DNA from: a virus
Lineage: Duplodnaviria > Caudoviricetes
Virus record (IMG/VR): IMGVR_UViG_3300043436_003945
Location: 1-53,810 of that record
Direction: 5' to 3' (one strand)
DNA: 53,810 nt
Every line of letters starts with the position of its first letter. The stretch's first letter is position 1. The notes beneath the pieces are model-generated. The model was not told where the DNA came from and did not search any database. It was given only the letters and a program-made list of their open reading frames with translations. Shown in pieces: positions 26,525 to 36,400 of this stretch. A program made the translations under genes and the position numbers.

Positions 26525-27057
26525 GTACAACTCTCGTCCCCGCACTTCCCCTTCTCCCGCATGAAACCGTTTACGCAATCGACCCGGGCAACTTCGAGAC
26601 TGCGTATTTTCTCCTAAAAGGCGACGGCACATTCGGGCACTTCGCAAAGATTCCGAATGCCGACTTTTTGGCGAACCTGCGCACTGCCGTTACGTTGAAC
26701 TGGGAAGGGATCGTGACGAGGCCGATATTCGCCTGCGAAATGGTAGGCAGCTACGGGATGGCGGTCGGGGCCTCGGTTTTTGAAACGTGCGTGATGATCG
26801 GCCGCATCCAAGAAATCGTCGGCCCACATTTGCGGCTCATTCCTCGCAGCTCCGTTAAGTCGACAATTAAAGGACGAAACGACAGCGAGATCCGCACCCG
26901 ATTGATCGAGCAGTTTGGACCCCCCGGCACAAAGAAAAAGCCCGGCAAGACGTATGGCGTTGTTGCTGATATGTGGGCCGCCTTGGCGCTTGCAGAAACG
27001 GTTCGCCGGGGCGGCTACAAGCCGTATATTTTCTCCTACGACAAGAAACACCTGTAA
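26521..27057 (+). CDS. RuvC-like Holliday junction resolvase
   Basis: YAIDPG, ACEMV, DMWAALALA. Confidence 0.8.
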   Translation: MSTTLVPALPLLPHETVYAIDPGNFETAYFLLKGDGTFGHFAKIPNADFLANLRTAVTLNWEGIVTRPIFACEMVGSYGMAVGASVFETCVMIGRIQEIVGPHLRLIPRSSVKSTIKGRNDSEIRTRLIEQFGPPGTKKKPGKTYGVVADMWAALALAETVRRGGYKPYIFSYDKKHL

Positions 27058-27069
27058 ACATATACTTAG

Positions 27070-27690
27070 ATGGCAAAATCAACCACACTCAATCAGGACA
27101 AGAACGACGGCGACAGCACGCCCTTGCAGCTCATCCGACTCAACAACACCGAGCGGACTTCCGTGCAGGTAAAGACGCTTCTTGAAATTGTGTCGAGCTG
27201 CGAGAATGCCGTCATTCTGATCCCCGAGGTCGGATGCACAGTGCAGATGGAAGATGAAATTAGAAAGAGCGCGACCGAGACCTACATGGCCGCACAGATT
27301 CGGTTGCGCGACCTGCTGGACGACCAAATCCGCTGGGGTCTGCACGACGAAAAAGACGATCAGGCCGCCGACCTTGTCGAGGGCAACCTCCAGATCCAAG
27401 ACGCGCAGATGGCCGCCCTGAAGGCCTCGCAGCTCCCGCACCGCCGGCTCAACTGTCAGCTCAAATTGTTTGACGTTGGTTGGATTGCGTGGACCGGAAG
27501 CGATAACCCGATGTCGGATGTGCTGCACGGGATCGGCCGCTCGCCTGAGGAGGCCTTGAACCAGTTCGACAAGAATTATTCCGATACTTCTATGGTGACC
27601 CCTGCCGAGACGCCCGAGACGCCCGAGACGCCCGAGACGCCCGAGACGCCCGAGACGCCCGAGACGCCCGAAACGCCCAAAAAGAAATAA
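27070..27690 (+). CDS. Hypothetical acidic protein with an (ETP)8 tail
   Basis: Clean ORF between resolvase and phosphoesterase. Confidence 0.7.
   Translation: MAKSTTLNQDKNDGDSTPLQLIRLNNTERTSVQVKTLLEIVSSCENAVILIPEVGCTVQMEDEIRKSATETYMAAQIRLRDLLDDQIRWGLHDEKDDQAADLVEGNLQIQDAQMAALKASQLPHRRLNCQLKLFDVGWIAWTGSDNPMSDVLHGIGRSPEEALNQFDKNYSDTSMVTPAETPETPETPETPETPETPETPETPKKK
27607..27678 (+). repeat. 8 x 9-bp coding tandem repeat
   Basis: GAGACGCCC x7 + GAAACGCCC. Confidence 0.95.
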
Positions 27691-27693
27691 CCT

Positions 27694-29007
27694 ATGCCAA
27701 TATGCCCCTACCGCCTCGCCTCAATTTCTGAGTTCCTGCACGACAACCCGACGGCTGGACGGGTTACTATTTCGAAGGCTACCGGCATTCCTCCTGCCGC
27801 TGTAGCTCGGGCCTTGAGGGCTCTGCGGTCCGAGAAACCGGTCGCATCGGCGGCTGTCCCGACAGTTCCAAAGGAGGGAAAGCAGGTTGAGTTTAGTAAG
27901 ACGAGCGGCGAGGCGTCTTTAGTGTCAAAACGCGTGCTGACGCTGGAAAACCTTATCGAGCAGACGAGGGTCGATTTAAAGATCTGGGAAGTAGACCGGC
28001 ATTTAGCTCACGCCTACCCGGTAGCTTCCAAGGATTCGAACGGAAAAGTCGTGGCTACGCAGATGCACGAAATCAAAGCGTGGTTTAAACGGCGCGCCCC
28101 GGTCGTAAACGCCAAAGCAGTACACGAACTGTTGGAAAAAGCAGTCAAAGGGCTTACGCCACCGCCTCGTAAGTTCACTGCGTCTCCCCTTCGTACCGCT
28201 GGCGTATCCGACCCGCACTTACTCGAAGTCAGCTTCCCGGACATCCATGTCGGCAAGCTGGTTTGGGGTAAAGAAATTGGAGGCAAGAACGGCGACATTA
28301 AGACGACTATCACTACGGTAATGGCTGCCGCCGAAGACCTTTGGTATCGGGCGTCGGTGTTTCCCATCGACGCAATTCTCTTACCTTTAGGGAATGATTT
28401 CCACCACACTGATACCCCTGCCAACACGACGACCGCCGGAACGGCTGTGGACGCCGACTCACGTTGGCAAAAAAGCTTTTCAGACGGCGTCGAACTTGCG
28501 ATTAAGCTGATCGAGTTCTTTCGCGGTAAAACCCCCGGCGGCATCGACGTGCTGATGATCGCCGGAAACCACGACACTACCCGGAATTTTTTTATGGGCT
28601 CGGTACTGGCCGCGATGTATCGAAACTCTCCAGACGTCCGCATCGACAATTCGCCGAACGTCCGCAAATATTTCCGCTACGGAACGACGCTACTCGGCTT
28701 TACCCACGGCGATAAAGAGAAAGCCGAATCTCTGCCCTTGGTCATGGCCGGTGAGCGACCAGATGATTGGGCGGCCACTACTTATCGAGAATGGCACTTA
28801 GGACACAGGCATCACATGAAAGAAACCCGCTACGTCGCGGGTAACGAATTCAGCTTTGTCCGCGTTCGGATTTTGAGTGCCCTAACCAGCACTGATGCGT
28901 ATCACCATAACCACGGTTACGTGGGGTCTCAGCAGGCTGCAGAAGTGTTTTTGTGGGCTTATAAAACTGGATACCGTGGTCACCTTTCTTACACCGTTCC
29001 AAAATGA
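27694..29007 (+). CDS. Calcineurin-like metallophosphoesterase with N-terminal HTH
   Basis: DIHVG, GNDFHHTD, GNHD, THGD, GHRHH. Confidence 0.88.
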   Translation: MPICPYRLASISEFLHDNPTAGRVTISKATGIPPAAVARALRALRSEKPVASAAVPTVPKEGKQVEFSKTSGEASLVSKRVLTLENLIEQTRVDLKIWEVDRHLAHAYPVASKDSNGKVVATQMHEIKAWFKRRAPVVNAKAVHELLEKAVKGLTPPPRKFTASPLRTAGVSDPHLLEVSFPDIHVGKLVWGKEIGGKNGDIKTTITTVMAAAEDLWYRASVFPIDAILLPLGNDFHHTDTPANTTTAGTAVDADSRWQKSFSDGVELAIKLIEFFRGKTPGGIDVLMIAGNHDTTRNFFMGSVLAAMYRNSPDVRIDNSPNVRKYFRYGTTLLGFTHGDKEKAESLPLVMAGERPDDWAATTYREWHLGHRHHMKETRYVAGNEFSFVRVRILSALTSTDAYHHNHGYVGSQQAAEVFLWAYKTGYRGHLSYTVPK

Positions 29008-29792
29008 CGGACGGAGAAATAAAAGAGCAAAGGCGGCTGAATAAGATCGCATATAACCGTGCGTACCGACAGACTAATGCGGAGGCAGTAAAAGCCAGAC
29101 GCATAGCACGTCACTTAGCGAACCCAGAAAAGCAGCGTAGGAGTAGCACTAAATATTCAGCGACTCACCGCAACGAGATAAAAGCGTACAACGACGCCTA
29201 CCGGGCAAAAAACGCAGAGAGATTACGGAAAAGCAAGGCGGCTTACAGCGCAGCCAACGTCGATCACATTCGGTCCAAAAACCTCGCATACTACGCCGCC
29301 AACAAAGAGAGGGTACGAGCCAACAACGCAGCGTATTACGCGGTCAACCGAGAAAAAGTGTTGGCACAGAACACTGTGTATAATGCTTTTAACCGCGCCA
29401 AGATCAGTCGCAATAAAGCTCGATACGAAAAGCAACGCGTTGAGACCGACCCCGTCTTCCGTCTCACTAAAAATTTACGTCGCCGTCTCAGTTTGGCTTT
29501 TAAGGCTCAAAAAGGTAGGAAGAGCCAGACAACTCTTGGGTTGATCGGTTGCTCCAGAGACAAACTCCGTCAGCACCTCGTCTCGCAATTCCGCGAGGGT
29601 ATGACTCTCGAGAACCACGGCAAGGTCTGGCACATCGACCACATCCGCCCGTGTTCTTCTTTCGACTTGTCCGACCCGAACCAAGCGATCCTCTGCTTTC
29701 ACTACTCGAACCTGCAGCCTCTGTTCGCGGACGAGAACATGCGTAAGGGCGACCGCTGGGGGCCTACTGAAACCCGTCCGTTGGCGGCTTAG
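29004..29792 (+). CDS. HNH homing endonuclease-like protein
   Basis: Helical AYxAxN repeats, then WHIDHIRP...HYSNLQPL...ENMRKG. Confidence 0.85.
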   Translation: MTDGEIKEQRRLNKIAYNRAYRQTNAEAVKARRIARHLANPEKQRRSSTKYSATHRNEIKAYNDAYRAKNAERLRKSKAAYSAANVDHIRSKNLAYYAANKERVRANNAAYYAVNREKVLAQNTVYNAFNRAKISRNKARYEKQRVETDPVFRLTKNLRRRLSLAFKAQKGRKSQTTLGLIGCSRDKLRQHLVSQFREGMTLENHGKVWHIDHIRPCSSFDLSDPNQAILCFHYSNLQPLFADENMRKGDRWGPTETRPLAA

Positions 29793-29814
29793 GTTAGGCC
29801 CGGAACTACTATCA

Positions 29815-29857
29815 AAATGAGCGATAACGGTCGAATTAGACCGATAATCGCTCATTT
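29815..29857. terminator. Long hairpin at the convergent transcription junction
   Basis: AAATGAGCGAT-AA-CGGTC-GAATTA-GACCG-ATA-ATCGCTCATTT. Confidence 0.6.
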
Positions 29858-29865
29858 ATGAGGCA

Positions 29866-30468
29866 TTAAAACGCCCGACGAGCCATCGCCGCTCCGGGGC
29901 CGCCGGTAGGCGTATTCACCTTGGGAGCCACCACGGCCTGTAAATTACGGGCGCGGGCCTCCTGCACGCCCGCAGGGGCATTGGGCGCAGGAATAGACAC
30001 TCCGGCCAACGGCGCAGCCGCAGCGGGCGCTTCCGCCGCCAAGACCGCCTCTGGGGCCGGCGCAGGGGCTGCAGCGGCCGCCATCGCAGCGGCGGCCGGC
30101 GGCGCAACCTGTTCGAGCTTCCCGGCCTTGTAGGCGGCCTTCAGATCCGCCTCCGTGATCTTGGCGGGGTTGAAGATCGCCGAAACACCGTCCGTGCCTT
30201 CAAACTCGGCGTAGTCGAGCCCGAGGTCCGGCAACGCGTTGAAGTTGGCGACAATGAACTCGTGTAGCGGATCGCCCTCCGCAAATGCGGCCAGTGAAAT
30301 TGCGGGCAGTTGTCCGGCCTGCACAGCGTCCAGAGGGCTGGGCAGGGCAACCGGCGCGGCGGGGGCTTGCGGTGCCGGGGCCTGCGGGGCGGGAGCCGCC
30401 ATTTCGGCAGACAGGGCGTCCGGGGCGATTGCAGGGGCCGCTAGGGTTGCGTTGGCGAGTTCGTTCAT
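29866..30468 (-). CDS. Ala/Pro-rich late protein
   Basis: Last gene of the late cluster; preceded by the GATACT motif. Confidence 0.7.
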   Translation of the reverse strand: MNELANATLAAPAIAPDALSAEMAAPAPQAPAPQAPAAPVALPSPLDAVQAGQLPAISLAAFAEGDPLHEFIVANFNALPDLGLDYAEFEGTDGVSAIFNPAKITEADLKAAYKAGKLEQVAPPAAAAMAAAAAPAPAPEAVLAAEAPAAAAPLAGVSIPAPNAPAGVQEARARNLQAVVAPKVNTPTGGPGAAMARRAF

Positions 30469-30474
30469 AATGTA

Positions 30475-30480
30475 AGTATC
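30475..30480 (-). promoter_or_regulatory. Late-gene GATACT motif
   Basis: GATACT-6 nt-ATG 30468. Confidence 0.6.
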
Positions 30481-33400
30481 CTAGAAGGGGTTTTCGTCGT
30501 CGGTCGGCTCAACCCGATTCCGGGTCGCCGTTTCCTCCGCGAGTGACTGGTCTTTAATCTTTTGCGCGCGTGCTACAACCCTTTCAAGAACTCGACGAGA
30601 ATCTTGGCCTCTTTCGAGCGTGATTCCGGCGAGGGGGAGGGTTGGGTCGGCTCCTGCTTTTGCAGGATTCTCGTTATCGAGGATTGCAGCCGTGTCAATT
30701 CCGAGTCTTTCGAGGACGGCTGCGACTTTTGGATTTTTGAGGAGTTCTTCATAGAATTCGGGCGTGTTAAGTATATCGCCTTGCGTTAGCGAAGCGAGGG
30801 TTTCCGCCGAAGAACGGCCCTCGACAGTGCCCTCAACGAGGGTCTTAAAAAACGACCAAATTGTCTCCTGTACTTCGGCGGGTTTGATGTCGAGCGTGTC
30901 GGCGACGCGGCGCACTTTGGCGTTGAAGGCCGCATATCCGGCCTTTGTGCCGAACAGAGTCTGCGAAATACCGGCGAACTGCGCCATCCACGAATCGTTT
31001 GTCGAGGCTTGAAGGTCGCCGAGGAGGTTGCGACGAAAACTTTCGACCTTAAAACCGGACATTTTGGTGTCTTCGTCAAATTTCTTCGACGACGCAATCG
31101 GGTTGTCTTCGAGGTCTTTTCCGAGCAGTGCGCGGATGGTGTTGTTTTCGCGGGCCGAAAGACCCACCAATGGTTTTACCAACTCTTTGATCGTCGCAGC
31201 CTCTTCCGGTCGTCCGGCTTCGAGATACTTTTCCCAAATATCGAACGCCATCTCCATGTTTAATTGCACGGACTGCCGGGGCGAAGTTGCGGCCAACACA
31301 CCGACAAAATTTTCGGTGTCGTTGCCGAAGATCGTGCGCAGCGAACGTCCGGCGCGTTCGTACCAGCCCTTTTTCAGCATGCCCATCTTGACGGCAGCCT
31401 CAAATTCCACGTCCGGCGGCAGCTCTTTAAAGATTTCGAGCATGTCGGCCGCAGTGTTTTTGCGGATTTTAGAGCGCTCTTCGGGAGTCAGGTATTTTGC
31501 GATTTCTTTGTAGGGGCGGGTCAGCCGGACGTCGTCGGCTTCCGGCATAAAGCGCCGGTTTATCTCAAACCCGTCGGCCTCCAGTGCTCGTCCTTCCGGA
31601 AGATTCCAGATCGACTTGCGAATGCCTTCTGCGGAGAGCTGCCCGGACGCCTCGGCAAGCTTTGCGGCCTCGACGCGAGTCATAAATTTACCTTTGTTGT
31701 CTACAAACCCGAAGGCCGAAGAAGGCACGTCGTCAGTCGTCGCACCTTCGTCTACAAAACCCTGCTCCTGCATCCGCTCAAAGGCGTCGTAGTGCTTTGC
31801 TCCCGTAAAGACTTCGCCGTCGAACCGGATCGCGGCTTTGTCGACGCGCCGCTTTCCTTCGGGCATAAAGCGAACATTTCCGGTCTTTTCGTATTCTTGC
31901 AGACGGTCAAAGTACGCGCCCGTGCTTCCGTACTTTTTGCGCAACTGAGCGGCGACCTCGCGGCCCTCCGGGGTCTCGAGTCGGCTGCGCGGCGTGCGGA
32001 CGTCGGTCTCCGATACCGGGGTGCCATCAACCGACACCTTCTCAAATATCTCGACCTGCTTAAAGAGATCTTTGCCCTCGCCGCGAGTGCGGATCAGCCC
32101 CACGTACCCGGCATCTTTCAGCATTATGTCCGCGCGCTGGCGGTTGGCGTCCTGCGTCCAGTCTAGCGCGTCAGTATCGCCGTCGTATATCCGTTTTCCG
32201 GAAACTGGAATTTCGTATTTGTTGCCCCGAAGCTGCGAGGGGTCGCCCTTGTTCTCAAAGCCCTTAACGTAGAAAAATACGCGCGGCTCGCCGGAGAGTT
32301 CGGACCGGGGCGTGATGCGGCTAGAGCCAAACTTTGCGGGGTCGAGTTCGCTTAGACCGGCCGCACCACGGTGGACGAGCGTGAGCGTCTTGTTTCGGAT
32401 TGCGTCCGGGAGTTTCTTCGGGGCGTCAAACTGCACTTCGGGCAGGAAGCGAATGTCGGGGTTCGTCGGGTCGAACGCACCGGAGTTGCCGGTCGCGGAT
32501 TTGACTTGGGTCGGTTCGAAGACGGCATAAGTATTTCCGACTTCAACGCCCGGACGAATCGGGTCTTCCTCAAAAATAACTCCGTCGTACCCGGCCTTTT
32601 TTAACCCTTCGGCAAACATTTTGCCGTCCTCGCCGTCGAGCAGCTCCCACCACGTGCGACGGTTCTGCAGCCAGTTGTAGTTCACGCCAGTCTCTTCGGC
32701 CAGAACATCGAGGTTGGTGTTTCGGTCGAGATACAGCGGGGACTTCATGTCCAAGTACGCGGGGATTGTGCGAGCGCCCGTATCGGCTCGACCTTTAGAA
32801 TCCGTGACGTAAGAGGCGGCTTGTTCCGGCACGTCTGAGAAAAAGATTGCGTGCCGATTGGTCTCCACGTTCCCAAAAAAACCCATGTCGTCAAAGGTCT
32901 TGCGGCCAGACTCAAACGCCGTAAAATCTTTGGTGGTGGCGTGGTAGACTCGCTTCGGTTGACCTTTTGAGTCTACCACCACCGACACCGGCCCCTTGCG
33001 GCGACTTGTAAAAGCCTTCGGGTCCTGCCAGTCGCCAAACCATTTCTTGAATGCGGGCGTATCCGGAGCCTCCGGCATAAACGTAGCGCCCGGACCGTAG
33101 TATTTCGTCAGGTCGTCGGCATACACGCTCGACTCCATGCCGTCCTCAAAACGAACGTACGCCATCTGCGCGCCGTCGCGTGCGCCGCCCTTTTTTGGCA
33201 GCAAATCGGACACGAACTCCACGACCTTTCCGGACGGGAGTTCAAACTTGTCGCCCTCCTCGTAGCCGGTCGGCTCGACCTTTGCTATCTTGGCGCGCAT
33301 CTTCTCGCGCATCGACTCACCGAAGCCCTCTAGCTGACTGTCTTCGGGCATGAACGCGGCCTGCGGGTCTGCAGCCTGCAGCAGCTCCGGCGGCACCACG

Positions 33401-36400
33401 GTATTTTTCTGGTCGGCAAACCGGCGTTTTGCAATCGGGACAAAATCGGCGTCCCCGGCTTTCGGCAGCGAGCCGTCTGCCCGACGCAACTGCGGACCAA
33501 AGTTCACCCAAGCATTCTGCGCCAACGTCTCGGCGGCGAGTGCGGGCTTTGCTTCGTCGGAGAACATGCGCGAGTGCGCAAGGTAGGCGTTGTACTCGCC
33601 GCGAGGGCCAAACTCAAACCCCTCGGCCGTGTGGCCAAAGTAATCGTGGACCGCCCGGAAGAGGTCGTTGTAAAGGAGGTCGACGCCGTTAATCTTGATG
33701 CCAGACTTTTCAAGCAACACGTTGTTGCCTGCGTCTGCGCCTTCACCAAAGGCGTTCTTTGTCAGGAAAAAATAGAGGTGTTTGTTGTCGCGAACGTCCG
33801 CGAGCATCGCCGCAGAGTTGGCGTATGGCTCGCCCTTGCCCTCGTAGGGCTCAATCTCGATGCCGTTGGCGAGCATCTCGTCGTACTGAGCGCGAGTCTC
33901 TTCGGAAAGCGCCCGATACGCCTTCTGAACCTCGGGGTTCTCGGGCTCGTTTTTTGCGTTCTCGTAAAAATCGGCGATGCGCCTAAGCGTCGTCTCGTTG
34001 ACGGGTGCGTAGGTGTCGTGCGGAGCGGCTTGGATTCCAGCCTTTTGAGTGTATCGGGCTGCGACACTGCGCGTTTCGTCGTTGCCTTGCGGGCGACGGG
34101 GAGATCCGGTCTCGGGCATAAAGCCCGCCTGAGTAATCGCGACATCCGCCGCAGGCATTGCGACATCGGGACGCACTTTGATCGCCGAGGTGAAATTCTC
34201 GGTCGGGAGATTCTCGACTGCGGAATTGAGGATGCGGGGGTCGAAGCCTTTCTGAAGCAGCGCAGCCCGGAGCGCGTTGTTGTCGGTGAGCGGGCGACCC
34301 TTATCGTCGAAACCGACCGTAAGGGGGTCAATGCCGTTCTGCTTTGCGAACCTCGCCGAGAACTCCATGCCCGGCGTGCGCGTCGCCTGCTGCTCGAGGT
34401 TCAGGAGCAGATTAAAGAGTTGGCGTTTGTTGGTCGGAAGAGCGACCGGGACGAAATTCGGGTCCTGCGCGGTAATGGTCCCGGGCCGGGTATCTGCGGG
34501 CAACGATAGCTTCTTCCCGTCGCCGCCGTAGCCGTGCGCTTGGTTGTCGAGGTAGGTCCTGAAATCCGAGACGAGAGCATCAGAGGCGAGATACTCTTGA
34601 GACACGCCAAAATTGGACAGAGTCTCCGCAATTGCCGGAGTCTCTTTTGCGAGCCCGCGCAACAGGTCAAGATTCTGACCAACCTTGTCGACCGACATGC
34701 CGTAAATGCCGCCCGGCTGACGTGGCGCACCCTCGCCGTAGAGGCGGGCGTTTGTGGCGGCGTCGAGCTTGTACGAAGACCAGCGATACGGGACAAAGAG
34801 CTTCTGAAACGTCGCGCGGAACGGGTTCGGTTCGCCGGATTTCTCGAGCGCGTCTGCGGCTTTTCGCTGGGCGGCTCGGACGATTGCGTCAGGAGACTGA
34901 ACCGGGGAGGCGGCCGCGTAGTAGTCGGTCTCGACGGCCGGGATCTCGGCGCGCGGGGCGGACATAAGGCCTTCGAGGACCTCGCGGTTTGCGGTGTGGA
35001 GCGCATCGGGGGCCTTGGCGGCGAACTTGGACGCGGCACCGGGGCGCAAGTTTGGCGTTGCGACCGAGCCCTGCGGACGAGCGACATTCTCGACCTGCTT
35101 TGGTGCAACGGTGGTGGCGGCGGTCGCAGGCGTAGGTGCAACGGCAGCACCGAACGGCGTCTGCGGCGTCACAGGCGAAGCCGGGAACACCGTCTTGTTC
35201 GGATCGACTTTGCCCGGAGAGATCGGGGAAACAAGAGAGGCCTCGTCGGTCGTAGCGATCAACCGTTTGCCGGTGTCGGGGTCGATGAACTCAATTTCGT
35301 AGGTGCCATCCTCGTTTTTCCGCAGAACCTTCGCGTCCTCGGCAACCAGCATTCCGTTCTTGTCGCGAATCTCGCCAATTGGGTCACCTTTCTTGAACCC
35401 GGGAACGACCGGCTTTGCTTCGACCTCGCGGATGTTGCCCAAAGGAGATGTTGGCGCATTTGCGGGAACCGGCGCGATTGGCGCATTTGTGGCGCGATCT
35501 GCAGGGCCTTCTACTGGCGGTAAGGTAACGTCAATTGGAGCGGTTTCACCGTTGATCGTTGCGACGGTCGTGTTGTCGAGCTGCCGGGCCTCGATGAAAT
35601 TTTGGTAGAGTTCCGCGAGCGCGGCCGACGGTTTGTAGCCGAGTTCGGTGCGGACTGCCGCACTGTTGTCGGTCGTCAGTCGGCGCGCGCCACCCTTTTC
35701 GAGAACCGCTCCAATAGAGACGCGAATGCGGTCGGCAAGACCGCGAGGCGTACCGAACTTTTCGATTGGGACGCCGTTTAGGTAGGCCGAAAAGTTCTCC
35801 GCAATGTACTCTTGGGCTGCGTAATCGTCAGAAATTTTGACCCGCTCGGCCTCCGGGACCGGAGTATAAGAACCGTCTTCGTTGCGTTTTTGGTTGAACA
35901 GATCCTCGTAGCGGGTTTTGAGCTGCGCAAAGTCGTCGGGCCGAATGGTTTTTGAGACCGTATCGAGCAGGGCCTTTTTCTGGGCGTACGGGAGGCTTGC
36001 ATAAAATGCGTGGCCGACTTCGTGCCCGAGCGAAATCCCGCCGTTGCTGTCGGCGTTGATGACAACAAGGCGGCGCTTCTGACCGGGAATCTCGACCGAG
36101 AACCCGGCCCGGCCCTGCTCCGACCCGGCGTATTGTTTTGCCAGAGCGTCTGCAGTGGCGCGGTCTGCCAGATAGATTTCGGTTTTGATCCCGTTGGCGT
36201 CCGGCTTGACAAAGAGCTTCTTCAAGGCCTCTACGGTCTGCGCGCCCTTGTTTGAGAGCGTGTCAAATACCTGCTTCGATTTGGCCTCGACGACGTTGCC
36301 TTGATCTTGAGAATAATAGGAAAACTCCGGACGCTCGTATGCGGAGTCCGGGGCCTTTGCGGTAGCATCCCGAAAAGCCGAGTCAATCGAGAAATATCGG

